Source: an uncultured Chloroflexia bacterium (GTDB taxonomy: Bacteria > Chloroflexota > Limnocylindria > Limnocylindrales > CSP1-4). Taken from it: 64,000 nucleotides of DNA. Below are positions 45,743 through 55,195 of the stretch, in pieces; the first letter of the stretch is position 1; each line of letters begins with the position of its first letter. The position numbers were made by a program, and so were the translations under genes. Where the stretch lies: contig CAVSEN010000002.1 in assembly GCA_963727055.1 (NCBI GenBank), positions 864,199 to 928,198 on the forward strand, written 5' to 3'. Under the pieces are notes generated by a model. That model was not told the DNA's origin. It saw nothing but the letters and a program-made list of their open reading frames with translations, and searched no databases.

Positions 45743-46348
45743 CTAGATGAACAGCGGGATCGAGTTCTCGGTCATCAGGCCGATGACCGTGGCCGCGCCG
45801 ACCGGCTCGCTCAGGCCCTCGATCATGTCGTCGGGCTTGAGCCCGAACATGTCCATCGTCATCTGGCAGGGGATGAACTCGACGCCCAGGGCCTGGGCGG
45901 CCTCGAGCAGCTCCCTGGGGCTGGCCACGCCGTACTGCCTGGCCAGGCGGCCCATCATCCAGGGGCCCATCCCCAGGAAGTTCATCTTGGACAGCTTGCG
46001 GTGGCTGACGCCGGGGCGCTGCATCGCCGAGAGCATCTTCTGCATCCAGTTGCGCCCGGTGATCCGCTTCGAATCCTTGACGAAGACCTGCAGCCCCCAG
46101 AACGTCACGAAGACCCGCGTCCGGACGCCCATCGCGCCCGATGTCGAGGCCAGGATGAGCGCCGCCCAGACCTTCTCCAGGTCGCCGCTGTAGTCGATGA
46201 TCAGGATGTCCTTGGTCTTCGCCGGCTCGTCCTCGGTCGCCCTCGGAGCGGGCCGGGCGGAGGGCGTCTCGCCCAGCTCGGGCAGGCCGTCGACCAGGGC
46301 AATCGCCTCGGCCAGGGGATCGAATGTCGGTCGGGTGGCGACGGTCAT
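45743..46348 (-). CDS. DsrE/DsrF-like family protein (DsrE2-type)
   Basis: ..ILIIDYSGDLEKVWAALILASTSGAMG..VFVTFWGL...FIPCQMTMDMFG.. Flanked by two TusA genes. Confidence 0.8.
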   Translation of the reverse strand: MTVATRPTFDPLAEAIALVDGLPELGETPSARPAPRATEDEPAKTKDILIIDYSGDLEKVWAALILASTSGAMGVRTRVFVTFWGLQVFVKDSKRITGRNWMQKMLSAMQRPGVSHRKLSKMNFLGMGPWMMGRLARQYGVASPRELLEAAQALGVEFIPCQMTMDMFGLKPDDMIEGLSEPVGAATVIGLMTENSIPLFI

Positions 46349-46355
46349 GACGACC

Positions 46356-46592
46356 TCACTTCATGCGGATGAGGAACCGGAACGTCGGGCCCTCGACGGA
46401 CTGCTCGAGGAGCTCGTGGCCGGTGGCCCGGCACCACGCGGCGACATCCCTGGTTGAGCCCGGATCGGTCGCCAGGAGCTCGATGGCGGCGCCCGAGGCG
46501 ACGGTCCGGACGGCCTGGGCCGCCTTGACGATCGGCATCGGGCAGGATAGTCCGCGGGCATCGATGGTCTGGCTGATCTCCGTGCTGGGCAT
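46356..46592 (-). CDS. tusA: TusA-family sulfurtransferase
   Basis: IDARGLSCPMPIVKAAQAV (CPxP motif), 78 aa. GGAGGGAGGG RBS. Confidence 0.85.
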   Translation of the reverse strand: MPSTEISQTIDARGLSCPMPIVKAAQAVRTVASGAAIELLATDPGSTRDVAAWCRATGHELLEQSVEGPTFRFLIRMK

Positions 46593-46617
46593 GACGCCCT
46601 CCCTCCTGGAAGCCGGC

Positions 46618-46776
46618 CTAGATGAAGACGATCTGGCCGTCGCCCGCGTTGAGCCAGGAGGGGGTTAGGCCCTCGACCCTGCCGGGCTCCTCGGCCGTCC
46701 GCAGCCCCGTGGTCGCCAATGCCTGCCGCCGGTCACCGCGGGCCGAGAGCAGGACAAGGTCGAGCGATTCGTCCAT
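46618..46776 (-). CDS. possible 52-aa small ORF (below the track's size cutoff)
   Basis: MDESLDLVLLSARGDRRQALATTGLRTAEEPGRVEGLTPSWLNAGDGQIVFI* fills the gap between DUF6390 and tusA on the same strand. No clear RBS. Confidence 0.3.
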   Translation of the reverse strand: MDESLDLVLLSARGDRRQALATTGLRTAEEPGRVEGLTPSWLNAGDGQIVFI

Positions 46777-46869
46777 GTGCCGATGATCGGCAGGCCGGTC
46801 CGCGCCGGTGAGTGCCGGGCCGCCCGACTCGGCGGGCCATCGGTCACAACCTCGGGCGCCCGCCCCAGC

Positions 46870-47685
46870 CTAGAGCGTGGCGTTGGCGAGGTGGATCTGG
46901 CGCTGGGTCCAGCCGACCAGCCGCCCGAGCTGGTCGGCGTCGAGGACGTCGCAGGCCCAGCCCCAGTGAATTGAGACGACGTCGTTGGGTCGCACCTCGC
47001 CCAGGAAGCCGGCCCCGTCGCGCCAGCCGGTGACCTGCTCGACCCGGGCTGGGCCGAGCGCCAGCCTGCCGTCGACGAGGGCCAGCGGGATCGAGCTGAC
47101 GACGAGCGAGTCGCCCGCCCGGTCCTGGACCCGACCCCAGCGGATCCGGCACGAGTCCATCGTCTCGAGGACCCGATCGGTGCGCTCGCTGCGCATCAGG
47201 CCGACCTTGCTGAAGACGTCCAGGACGTGGAAGGCGTGGACCGGCTTGGCGCCGGCTGGCGCGCTGGCCTCGAGCCACTTCCAGGTCGGCTGGCCGAGCC
47301 GTGGCCGGAACCTGAGCCGGAGTGACTCGCCGAGCAGGTTGGGGGTCACGGCGTCGAGCAGCGGGCTGCCCAGCCAGTAGGCGTCGACGACGCGTCGGTC
47401 GAGCGGATCGGCGATCCCGTTGGCCCGGGCGATCAACTCGAGGTAGGGGTACGCCCCGTCGAAGCCGTGGGCCAGCTCCCGCAGGGCTCGATCGTCGCCG
47501 CCCAGGCTCGTCTCGCCGAACAGGGCCTCGGCATCATCCGGCCCGCACAACCCGAGGCGGTTCGGGCCATACGCGTAGCGGGCGAACAGGACCGGACCGG
47601 GCGGCCAATTCCGGACCGCGCTCCGGACCGCGGTCCGGACCGGCTCAGCCTGCCGGTCAGCCCTGGGCGACGGAGCGGGGTGCAC
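46870..47685 (-). CDS. DUF6390-like conserved hypothetical protein (hydrogenase-cluster associated)
   Basis: ..LFARYAYGPNRLGLCGPDD...FDGAYPYLELIA...HAFHVLDVF.. A GTG start at 47685 would overlap eamA by 29 nt, so the start is uncertain. Confidence 0.6.
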   Translation of the reverse strand: MHPAPSPRADRQAEPVRTAVRSAVRNWPPGPVLFARYAYGPNRLGLCGPDDAEALFGETSLGGDDRALRELAHGFDGAYPYLELIARANGIADPLDRRVVDAYWLGSPLLDAVTPNLLGESLRLRFRPRLGQPTWKWLEASAPAGAKPVHAFHVLDVFSKVGLMRSERTDRVLETMDSCRIRWGRVQDRAGDSLVVSSIPLALVDGRLALGPARVEQVTGWRDGAGFLGEVRPNDVVSIHWGWACDVLDADQLGRLVGWTQRQIHLANATL

Positions 47686-48592
47686 GGGATCGACCGAAGC
47701 GGCTCGCGCCGGCTGCGACCAGGGCGACCGCGACGGCGATCAGGACGTAGCCGATCACGGCTCGCAGGTCGGGCGCCTTGCCGCTCGATACGGAGCTCAG
47801 GGCGCCGGTCACGACGGCCGCCCCGACGAGGATGCTGGTGACCGTCGTGGCCGGGGCGAAGCGGAGGGCCGCGAACCAGGTCGCGACGTAGCCCGCCAGC
47901 AGCACGCCGGTGACGAGGACCCAGGCGAGGGCCTGGCCGCTGATCGCGCCGAGCCCGGCCAGCCGGCCGCTCAGCGCGAGATAGCCGATCAGCACGAGGA
48001 AGCCGAGACCCATCCGGGCCGCACCCAGGAGCGGGGCGGAGATCCCGACGAGGAGCCGCTTGGCGAGGACGACCTCGACTGCCCAGAGGAGGGTGGCGGC
48101 CAGGATCATCGTCTCGCCGGCACCCCAGCCCATTCCCGTCGGGGGAGCGACGAGGACCTGGCCGACCAGCAGGACGCCGAGCGCTCCGATCTGGATCAGG
48201 CCGATCCGCTCGCCGAGGAGGGGCAGCGCCATCAGCGCAACCCAGATGAAGAGCGTCTTCTGGACGAAGGCCGCCGTCGGCGCCGTGGCGATCGCCAGGC
48301 CGCTGAAGAACAGGACAAACGGCACGCTGCCGCCGATGACCGCGATCGCCAGCAGCCCGGCCCGGCGCCGGCCGTCGAGGGCCCGCGCCTCACGGGCGGC
48401 ACCCAGGCTGAGGGCCAGGCCGACCAGGATGAGCGCCGCCACACCGTTCTTGGCGGTGGTGTAGACGGCGGCATCGGGCACGGCCTTGACGCCGTACGAG
48501 TTGAGGTAGATCGCCAGCCCGCTGATCAGCGCGGTGCCGATGGCGAGCCCGACCCCGAGCCTGGTGTTGGTTGATCGACGTGTGGGGGCCAT
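47657..48592 (-). CDS. EamA/DMT-family transporter
   Basis: Ten TM helices in two EamA-like halves. The ATG at 48592 lies 2 nt after the hypC stop. The track ORF extension to 48817 is antisense-free read-through. Confidence 0.8.
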   Translation of the reverse strand: MAPTRRSTNTRLGVGLAIGTALISGLAIYLNSYGVKAVPDAAVYTTAKNGVAALILVGLALSLGAAREARALDGRRRAGLLAIAVIGGSVPFVLFFSGLAIATAPTAAFVQKTLFIWVALMALPLLGERIGLIQIGALGVLLVGQVLVAPPTGMGWGAGETMILAATLLWAVEVVLAKRLLVGISAPLLGAARMGLGFLVLIGYLALSGRLAGLGAISGQALAWVLVTGVLLAGYVATWFAALRFAPATTVTSILVGAAVVTGALSSVSSGKAPDLRAVIGYVLIAVAVALVAAGASRFGRSRAPRSVAQG

Positions 48593-48594
48593 GG

Positions 48595-48819
48595 CTAGCC
48601 ATCCTCCTGAAGCTGGGCAGAGTTGAGCAAGGCGAGGACTTCCTGCGCCTCGGCGGGATTCATGACATCGAGCACGGTGCCGGCCGACACGATCACCCAG
48701 TCGCCGACCGCCACCTCGGGCACCAGGGCGAGCGATGCGCGCTGCCGGCGGTGGTCGATCTCGACCAGGGCCATCCCGGCATTGATCTCGAGGACCTCGC
48801 CCGGGTAGGTGACGCACAT
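48595..48819 (-). CDS. hypC: [NiFe]-hydrogenase assembly chaperone HypC/HupF
   Basis: N-terminal MCV(T)YPG.. with the invariant Cys2, ..GDWVIVSAG.. 74 aa. Confidence 0.9.
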   Translation of the reverse strand: MCVTYPGEVLEINAGMALVEIDHRRQRASLALVPEVAVGDWVIVSAGTVLDVMNPAEAQEVLALLNSAQLQEDG

Positions 48820-48820
48820 G

Positions 48821-49192
48821 TCAGCTGATCCCCGCCGTCGGCCGGCCCGCCGGCAGCGCCGTGCGGACCTCGATCAGCTCGAGCTCGGCGGTCCGGCGCA
48901 GGGTCGAGACGGCCGCGCAGGCTGGGCAGACGGCGATCGAGCCGCCGACCAGGTCGTCGTGGCCGAGGACGCCCCGGAAGCCGCAGTCGCAGGCCAGCTC
49001 GATGTCGAACGCTTCGGCCTCGAGCCGGGCTGCGCCGAGCGGTCCACCGGCGGTCAGCATGCGGAACGCCTGCTCGAGGCTCTCCGCGCTGATGCTCGAG
49101 GCATGCCGGACGCGGACAAGCTCGACCGGGGCGCCGGCGGCCCGAACCTCGCAGGCGTCGATCAGCTCGGCGACGAGCGACACTTCATGCAT
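48821..49192 (-). CDS. hypA: hydrogenase nickel-incorporation protein HypA
   Basis: MHEVSL N-terminus, and zinc site C-D-C ... CPAC. Confidence 0.9.
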   Translation of the reverse strand: MHEVSLVAELIDACEVRAAGAPVELVRVRHASSISAESLEQAFRMLTAGGPLGAARLEAEAFDIELACDCGFRGVLGHDDLVGGSIAVCPACAAVSTLRRTAELELIEVRTALPAGRPTAGIS

Positions 49193-49679
49193 GGACGGGG
49201 CTCCCGACGAGCGGCCCGGCGGGGCGCCCGGCGTGGGCTGCGATCAGCCCGGCCAGGGCGTCGACGACGTCCGGCAGGGCGGCCTCGACCGCGGGCGTCA
49301 GCTCGTCGCCGAGCGCGAGCGATTGGGCGCCGACCCGGATCGAGAAGGCCGCCGGGACCGGGCCGTACAGCTCGGTCGCCAGGGCGAGCAGGGTCTCCGG
49401 ATCGAGATGGTGGGACGACGCGCCCGCCCCGGAGCCGGTCGGCTCGATCGGCGCGATGGCGAAGGCCCCGGGCAGCGGGCCGTGGCCGGCGTCGACCAGC
49501 ACGACGAGCCGGGCCAGGCTGACATCGAGCGCCAGCTCGGGCGTCAGCTGGTGGCGGGCGAAGACCGTGACCCCGGCGAAGCGTGGATCGCCGGCCAGGG
49601 CGGCCGCCACGCGCGGGCCGATCCCGTCGTCGGTCCGCAGCGCATTGCCGTAGCCGACGACCAGGGCTCCGTCGGTCAC
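49185..49679 (-). CDS. hoxW: hydrogenase maturation endopeptidase (HoxW/HyaD family)
   Basis: The GTG at 49679 overlaps the hoxH stop (GTGA). LVVGYGNALRTDDGIGPRVAAAL...VLVDA...SSHHL. Confidence 0.85.
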   Translation of the reverse strand: MTDGALVVGYGNALRTDDGIGPRVAAALAGDPRFAGVTVFARHQLTPELALDVSLARLVVLVDAGHGPLPGAFAIAPIEPTGSGAGASSHHLDPETLLALATELYGPVPAAFSIRVGAQSLALGDELTPAVEAALPDVVDALAGLIAAHAGRPAGPLVGSPVHA

Positions 49680-51097
49680 CGCATGAGCTCGTCGAGCACG
49701 GTGCCGTCGGGACCGATCAGCTGGAGCTGGAGGGCCATCTCGCCGAGGGCATGGGTCGAGCAGGACAGGCACGGGTCGTAGCAGCGGATGACCGCCTCGA
49801 CCCGGTTGAGCATCGGCTCGGTCAGCGCCGCGCTCTTGACGTAGCGCTGGGCGACCTGGCGCACGCTGCGGTTCATCGCCAGGTTGTTGTGGCCGGTGGC
49901 GATGACCAGGTTGGCCCACTGGACGATCCCGTCGTCGTCGACCTTGTAGTGGTGGATGAGCGTCCCGCGGGGGGCCTCGGAGACGCCGATCCCCTCGTTG
50001 CTGTTGATCTGGGCGGTGGACCGGACGCGGGGCGACAGGATGTCCGGCCCGCGCAGCAGCTGGTCGATCCGCTCCGCGGCATGGAGGCCGTCGATCAACC
50101 GGGCGTAGTGGTAGTGGAATGAGCTGCTCGGGACGCGGCCGAGGCGCCGGCGGAACTCCTCGAGCTCGGCATCGGCCCGGGGCGTGCCCATCTGGTCGGC
50201 CACGATCACCCGGGCGAGCGGTCCGACCCGGTAGATCCCGTCGGGATAGCCGAGCGCCTTCCAGTAGGTCGACTTGAGGTACGACCAGGGCTCGACCGAC
50301 TCGCCCAGGTAGTCCTGGTAGGTGCGCGGGTCGATCCGGTCGGCCAGCAAGGCCCCGTCGGCGTCCATCACCCGGAGCTTGCCGTCGTAGTAGTCCACGT
50401 CGCCGTTGTCGGCGACCAGGCCCATGAACGCCGACCGGAAGTCGCCGAACGTGGCGGCCTCTTCGGCCCAGCCCAGGAGCGCCGACTTGTACCACTCGAG
50501 CGCCCGCTCCATGGCGGCGATCGCCTCCGGGATCGTGGCCAGGATCCGGTCGCGGGTCTCGGCCGAGAGCGGCGCGTCGACACCACCGGGCACGACCCAC
50601 GACGGGTGGATTCGCTTGCCGCCCAGCCATTCGATGATCTGCTGGCCGAAGCGCCGGACGCCGATCCCGTCGCGGGCGAGCTGCGGGTTGGCCCGGGCGA
50701 CGCCGATGATGTTGCGGGTGGCCGGGTCGGCGTCGAAGCCGAAGAGCAGGTCCGGCGATGACAGGTGGAAGAAGCTCAGCGCGTTCGACTGGACCATCTG
50801 GGCCAGGTTGATCACCCGGCGCAGGTCGGCACCGGCCGGTGGCGGCTCGACGGCCAGGATCTGGTCGCAGGCCTTCGACGACGCGACCAGGTGGCTGACC
50901 GGGCAGATGCCGCAGATCCTGGCCATGATCGAGGGCATCTCGTGGATCGGGCGGCCCTGGACCATCCGCTCGAAGCCGCGGAACTGGGTCACGTGGAACT
51001 GGGCGTCGGTCACCTCGCCGCGGTCGTCGAGGTGGATCGTGACCTTCGAGTGGCCCTCGATCCGGGTGATCGGGTCAATGACGATCTGGCTGGTCAC
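49676..51097 (-). CDS. hoxH: NAD-reducing bidirectional [NiFe]-hydrogenase large subunit HoxH
   Basis: The GTG at 51097 follows GAAGGA. IDPITRIEGH, the N-terminal RICGICPVSH and the C-terminal DPCLSCSTH Ni-Fe ligand motifs. Confidence 0.92.
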   Translation of the reverse strand: MTSQIVIDPITRIEGHSKVTIHLDDRGEVTDAQFHVTQFRGFERMVQGRPIHEMPSIMARICGICPVSHLVASSKACDQILAVEPPPAGADLRRVINLAQMVQSNALSFFHLSSPDLLFGFDADPATRNIIGVARANPQLARDGIGVRRFGQQIIEWLGGKRIHPSWVVPGGVDAPLSAETRDRILATIPEAIAAMERALEWYKSALLGWAEEAATFGDFRSAFMGLVADNGDVDYYDGKLRVMDADGALLADRIDPRTYQDYLGESVEPWSYLKSTYWKALGYPDGIYRVGPLARVIVADQMGTPRADAELEEFRRRLGRVPSSSFHYHYARLIDGLHAAERIDQLLRGPDILSPRVRSTAQINSNEGIGVSEAPRGTLIHHYKVDDDGIVQWANLVIATGHNNLAMNRSVRQVAQRYVKSAALTEPMLNRVEAVIRCYDPCLSCSTHALGEMALQLQLIGPDGTVLDELMR

Positions 51098-51110
51098 AAC
51101 TGGATGTCCT

Positions 51111-51650
51111 TCAGCGGCCGAAGCGGGCGCCGTGGTTGTCGGGGGTCCGACCCTCGACAAGGTCCACGAGCATCTGGTGGATGAGGTCGGCCGAGGGTGG
51201 GCACCCCGGCAGGAAGACATCGACGGTGACCACCCGGTGGACGGGCCGCGCCGTCGGCAGGAGGGCCGGCACGACCTGGAGCGGGATCCGCGGGTTGATC
51301 GTCACGTTCTCGAGGTAGGCCCGCTCGAGGAGGGGCCGGACGCCGATCGGGTTGCGCATCCCCGGCACGTTGGCGGTCACCGCGCAGTCGCCGAACGAGA
51401 TGAGGGTCTTGGTCCGCTCGCGGACCATCCGGATCTTGTGCAGGTCCTCCTCGCTCGAGACCGCACCCTCGACGAGGCAGATGTCGACGTCCTCGGGGTA
51501 GATCTTCACGTCGATCAACGGGCTGTAGACGATGTCGACCAGCTCGGCAATCTCGAGCAGCCGCTCGTCCATGTCGAGGAAGGACATGTGGCAGCCGGAG
51601 CAGCCGTCCAGCCAGACGGTGGCGAAGCGCGGCTTGGCAGGGGTGGTCAT
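51111..51650 (-). CDS. hoxY: [NiFe]-hydrogenase small subunit HoxY
   Basis: [32 protein letters not shown]...GDCA...LPGCPP. A short group-3 type small subunit with no Tat signal. Confidence 0.9.
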   Translation of the reverse strand: MTTPAKPRFATVWLDGCSGCHMSFLDMDERLLEIAELVDIVYSPLIDVKIYPEDVDICLVEGAVSSEEDLHKIRMVRERTKTLISFGDCAVTANVPGMRNPIGVRPLLERAYLENVTINPRIPLQVVPALLPTARPVHRVVTVDVFLPGCPPSADLIHQMLVDLVEGRTPDNHGARFGR

Positions 51651-52363
51651 GGCGGTCCCGGCTCCTGGCCGAGGACGCGCAGGTACGGCAGGAATGGCCG
51701 CCGGCCCTTGCTCCCTTCGGCGATTGATCGGCCCTTCTCGAACAGGGCGCCGGTCGGGCAGACCTGGACGCACTTGCCGCAGCTCGTGCAGGTGGACGAC
51801 TCGCCCCACGGGGTGCCCATGTCGGTCACGACCCGCGAGGCGAGCCCGGAGCCCATCACGCCCCAGGTCCGCGCCCCCTCGACCTCTTCGCATACCCGGA
51901 CGCAGCGGACGCACATGATGCAGCGGTTGTGGTCGATCGCGAAAAGCGGGTGGCTGGCGTCGATGCCGACCGAGGCGTTGATCACCGGCAGCTCGAAGTG
52001 GTCGACGTGGAGCTCCTCCGAGAGGTCCTGCAGCTCGCAGTGATTGTTCGCCACGCAGACGGCGCAGACGTGGTTGCGCTCCAGGAAGAGCATCTGGGTG
52101 ATCGTGCGGCGGTACTCGACCAGCGTCGGCGACGAGGTCGTGATCTCCATCCCCTCGGCGACCGGCGTGGTGCAGGCCGGGGCGAGCTTGTTGGAGCCGG
52201 CGACCTCGACCACGCACAGCCGGCACGAACCGGTATCGGACAGGCCGTCGAGGTGGCACATCGTCGGGATGTGGATGCCGTTCTCGGTGGCCACCGACAG
52301 GATCGATTGGCCATCGTTGCCGGCGACGTCGATGCCGTCGATCCGGAGGGTGTGGACGGTCAT
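51647..52363 (-). CDS. hoxU: hydrogenase diaphorase subunit HoxU (2Fe-2S/4Fe-4S, NuoG N-terminal-like)
   Basis: ..[10 protein letters not shown]...APACTTP.., [42 protein letters not shown]. Confidence 0.9.
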   Translation of the reverse strand: MTVHTLRIDGIDVAGNDGQSILSVATENGIHIPTMCHLDGLSDTGSCRLCVVEVAGSNKLAPACTTPVAEGMEITTSSPTLVEYRRTITQMLFLERNHVCAVCVANNHCELQDLSEELHVDHFELPVINASVGIDASHPLFAIDHNRCIMCVRCVRVCEEVEGARTWGVMGSGLASRVVTDMGTPWGESSTCTSCGKCVQVCPTGALFEKGRSIAEGSKGRRPFLPYLRVLGQEPGPP

Positions 52364-54012
52364 GCCAGCACCGCCTGGGGGGTCATCGTGCAGACGCCTG
52401 CCGGGCAGACCCGGTCGACGATGTGGGCGACGTACTCATCGCGGAAGTGGCGGATCGTGCTGAAGACCGGGTTGGGCGCACCCTGGCCGAGACCGCACAG
52501 GCTGGTCCGCTGGACCATCCTGGCCAGGGTCTCCATCCGATCGAGGTCGTCCAGCGTCGCCTGTCCCGTCGTGATCGCGTCGAGCATCATCCAGAGCTGC
52601 GTGGTGCCGACCCGGCAGGGAGCGCACTTGCCGCACGACTCCTCGCGCATGAAGTCCATGAAGAACTTGGCGACGTTGACCATGCAGCTGGTCTCGTCCA
52701 TCACGATCATCCCGCCCGAGCCCATGAACGAGCCGACGCTCATCAGCGACTCGTAGTCGACCGGCATGTCGAGGAACTCGGCCGGAATGCAGCCGCCGGC
52801 CGGCCCGCCGGTCTGGACGGCCTTGAACGCCCGTCCCCCGACGATCCCGCCGCCGATGTCGAACACGATCTCCCGCAGGGTCGTGCCCATCGGGATCTCG
52901 ACGATGCCGGTGTTGACGACCCGGCCGGCGATCGCGAAGACCTTGGTGCCCTTGCTGGTCGCGGTCCCGACCGAGGCGAACCAGTCGCCGCCGTTGCGGA
53001 TGATCGGGCCGATGTTGGCCAGCGTCTCGACGTTGTTGATCAGGGTCGGCCGGTCCCACAGCCCCGACACTGCCGGGTATGGCGGCCGCGGCTTGGGCTG
53101 GCCGCGCCCGCCTTCGATCGAGGCGATCAGGGCGGTCTCCTCGCCGCAGACATAGGCGCCCGCGCCGAGCCGGACATCGAGCTCGAACGAGAACTGGGTG
53201 TCGAGGATCGAGCCACCCAGGTAGCCCGCCCGGGAGGCGTCGTGGATCGCCTTCCGGATCCGGGACACGACCAGCGGATACTCGCCCCGGCAGTAGACGT
53301 AGCCGGCGCTCGCCCCGACCGCATAGGCCGCGATCGCCATCCCCTCGACGACCCGGTGGGGATCGCTCTCCAGGATGTTGCGGTCCATGAACGCGCCCGG
53401 ATCGCCTTCGTCGGCGTTGCAGATGACGTACTTGGGCGAGCCCGCGGCCTTGGCCACGGTGTTCCACTTGAGGCCGGTCGGATAGCCGGCCCCGCCCCGA
53501 CCGCGCAGGCCGCTCTTGACGATCTCGTCGCGAACCTCGGCCGGCGTCATCGCCAGCGCGCGGCGGAGACCGGCGTAGCCGCCCGCGGCGACGAAGTCCT
53601 GGAGGCTCTCGGGATCGATCCAGCCCGAGTTCTCGGTCGCGATCCGGACCTGGCGGGCGAAGAACGGAGCCTCGATCGCCGCCTCGGCGGCCGGGTTGGC
53701 GAGCTTGAGGGCGTCGACGATCGCGCCCAGCGCGTCCGGTTGGACACGCTCGAACACCTGGCCGGTCTCGGGGATCTTGACCAGCGGCCCGGCCGCACAC
53801 AGGCCGAGGCAGCCGACGCGCTTGACCGCGACGTCATCGAGGCCGGCCTCGGCGACCTGCTCGCCGAGCCCGATCAGGACCTGGTGAGAACGGGTCGACA
53901 GGCAGCTGACGGCCTCGCAGACGTAGGCCGAGGCACGCACCGGACCGGCCGGATGGATCGGCTCGGTCCGGCGCCGGACGGTGGGGGCGGCCTGGAGGTG
54001 CGGTTCGGTCAT
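52360..54012 (-). CDS. hoxF: hydrogenase diaphorase subunit HoxF (NuoF-like NAD/FMN-binding)
   Basis: The ATG at 54012 overlaps the hoxE stop. [44 protein letters not shown]. Confidence 0.9.
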   Translation of the reverse strand: MTEPHLQAAPTVRRRTEPIHPAGPVRASAYVCEAVSCLSTRSHQVLIGLGEQVAEAGLDDVAVKRVGCLGLCAAGPLVKIPETGQVFERVQPDALGAIVDALKLANPAAEAAIEAPFFARQVRIATENSGWIDPESLQDFVAAGGYAGLRRALAMTPAEVRDEIVKSGLRGRGGAGYPTGLKWNTVAKAAGSPKYVICNADEGDPGAFMDRNILESDPHRVVEGMAIAAYAVGASAGYVYCRGEYPLVVSRIRKAIHDASRAGYLGGSILDTQFSFELDVRLGAGAYVCGEETALIASIEGGRGQPKPRPPYPAVSGLWDRPTLINNVETLANIGPIIRNGGDWFASVGTATSKGTKVFAIAGRVVNTGIVEIPMGTTLREIVFDIGGGIVGGRAFKAVQTGGPAGGCIPAEFLDMPVDYESLMSVGSFMGSGGMIVMDETSCMVNVAKFFMDFMREESCGKCAPCRVGTTQLWMMLDAITTGQATLDDLDRMETLARMVQRTSLCGLGQGAPNPVFSTIRHFRDEYVAHIVDRVCPAGVCTMTPQAVLA

Positions 54013-54509
54013 GGTCGCTGCAGCCCTTCGAGCTGGGAGACGAGCTCCTGCGCCTTGATCCGATCCTGGACCTCGCCATCGACGATCGCCGCTGGAGCCA
54101 GGCTGCACGAGCCGAAGCAGCGCCCGGTCAGGAGCGACAGCCGGCCGTTGGCCGTGGTCTGGCCGGGCTCAACCGCGAGCGACTCCCGGATCTGGTCGAG
54201 GATCTCCTCGGCGCCGTTGATGTAGCAGGCCGTCCCGGTGCATACCACGCAGGTATGGGCGCCGCGCGGCTTGAGCGCGAAGTAGTGGTAGAACGTCGCG
54301 ACGCCGAACACCTTCGAGGGCGGCACCGACAGTGTCTCGCCGATGTAGTGCAGGGCGTCGGTGTCGATGTAGCCGAAGGCCTGCTGGGTGGCGTGGAGGG
54401 CCTCGATCAGGGCGTCGGGCCGATTCCCAAGCCGTCGCATCCGGTCCTCGACGGCACGCCAGCGCTTGTCGTCGCGCGTGGCGGACGGCGTGGGGTGCGC
54501 GTGGGTCAC
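54009..54509 (-). CDS. hoxE: hydrogenase diaphorase subunit HoxE (NuoE-like 2Fe-2S)
   Basis: The GTG at 54509 follows [38 protein letters not shown].., [25 protein letters not shown]. Confidence 0.85.
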   Translation of the reverse strand: MTHAHPTPSATRDDKRWRAVEDRMRRLGNRPDALIEALHATQQAFGYIDTDALHYIGETLSVPPSKVFGVATFYHYFALKPRGAHTCVVCTGTACYINGAEEILDQIRESLAVEPGQTTANGRLSLLTGRCFGSCSLAPAAIVDGEVQDRIKAQELVSQLEGLQRP

Positions 54510-54727
54510 AGTCCCCTCCCCGGGGAAGCGCAGGCCGGTCAACCCGGCTCCTGCCGGGGAAATGACCCGCTGGTCCGAACCGTACCACTGTCCGACGATT
54601 GACAGTGGGCCATAGGTCCCAAGACCAGGTGACGCTCGGCCGTCGTCGCCGGAGCGCGCTGGGCGCATGCTCGGCCCGAGGTCCAGTTCAGCGCTGGGCT
54701 CGCCCTCGTGGCGAAAGGAACGGCGAC

Positions 54728-55129
54728 ATGAAGAAGATCCTGGTTGCATATGACGGCGGCGAGCCGGCCCATCGGGCACTCGAGATGGCGGCCGACCTGG
54801 CCGCGAAGTTCGACGCCACCGTCAGCGTCGTCAGCGTCATCCCGGTCCATCCCGGCCGGGTGCCGGTCGATCCCTGGGACGATCGGCCGGTCCATACGGC
54901 CGAGCTGGTCGAGGCGCGCGAGATCCTGCTGAAGCGGGGCATCGAGCCGACCCTCCACGAGCCGGCCGGCGACCCCGCGGTGACCATCGAGAAGATCGCC
55001 GAAGAGGGCGGCTACGACATGGTGATCGTCGGCTCGCGCGGGCTCGGCGCCCTGTCCCGGGCCCTCCAGGGCAGCGTCTCGGAGCACGTCGCGACCCACG
55101 CGACCGCGACGGTGGTCGTCGCTCGCTGA
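54728..55129 (+). CDS. universal stress protein (UspA family)
   Basis: MKKILVAYDGGEPAHRALEMAADLA...DMVIVGSRGLGALSRALQGSVSEHVATHA. Divergent from hoxE. Confidence 0.88.
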   Translation: MKKILVAYDGGEPAHRALEMAADLAAKFDATVSVVSVIPVHPGRVPVDPWDDRPVHTAELVEAREILLKRGIEPTLHEPAGDPAVTIEKIAEEGGYDMVIVGSRGLGALSRALQGSVSEHVATHATATVVVAR

Positions 55130-55195
55130 CCGAATCGTCCGAACGCGTCCTGGCCGAGCCGCCGAGCGACACCGTCGCCGGCGGCTCGTCCGTTC

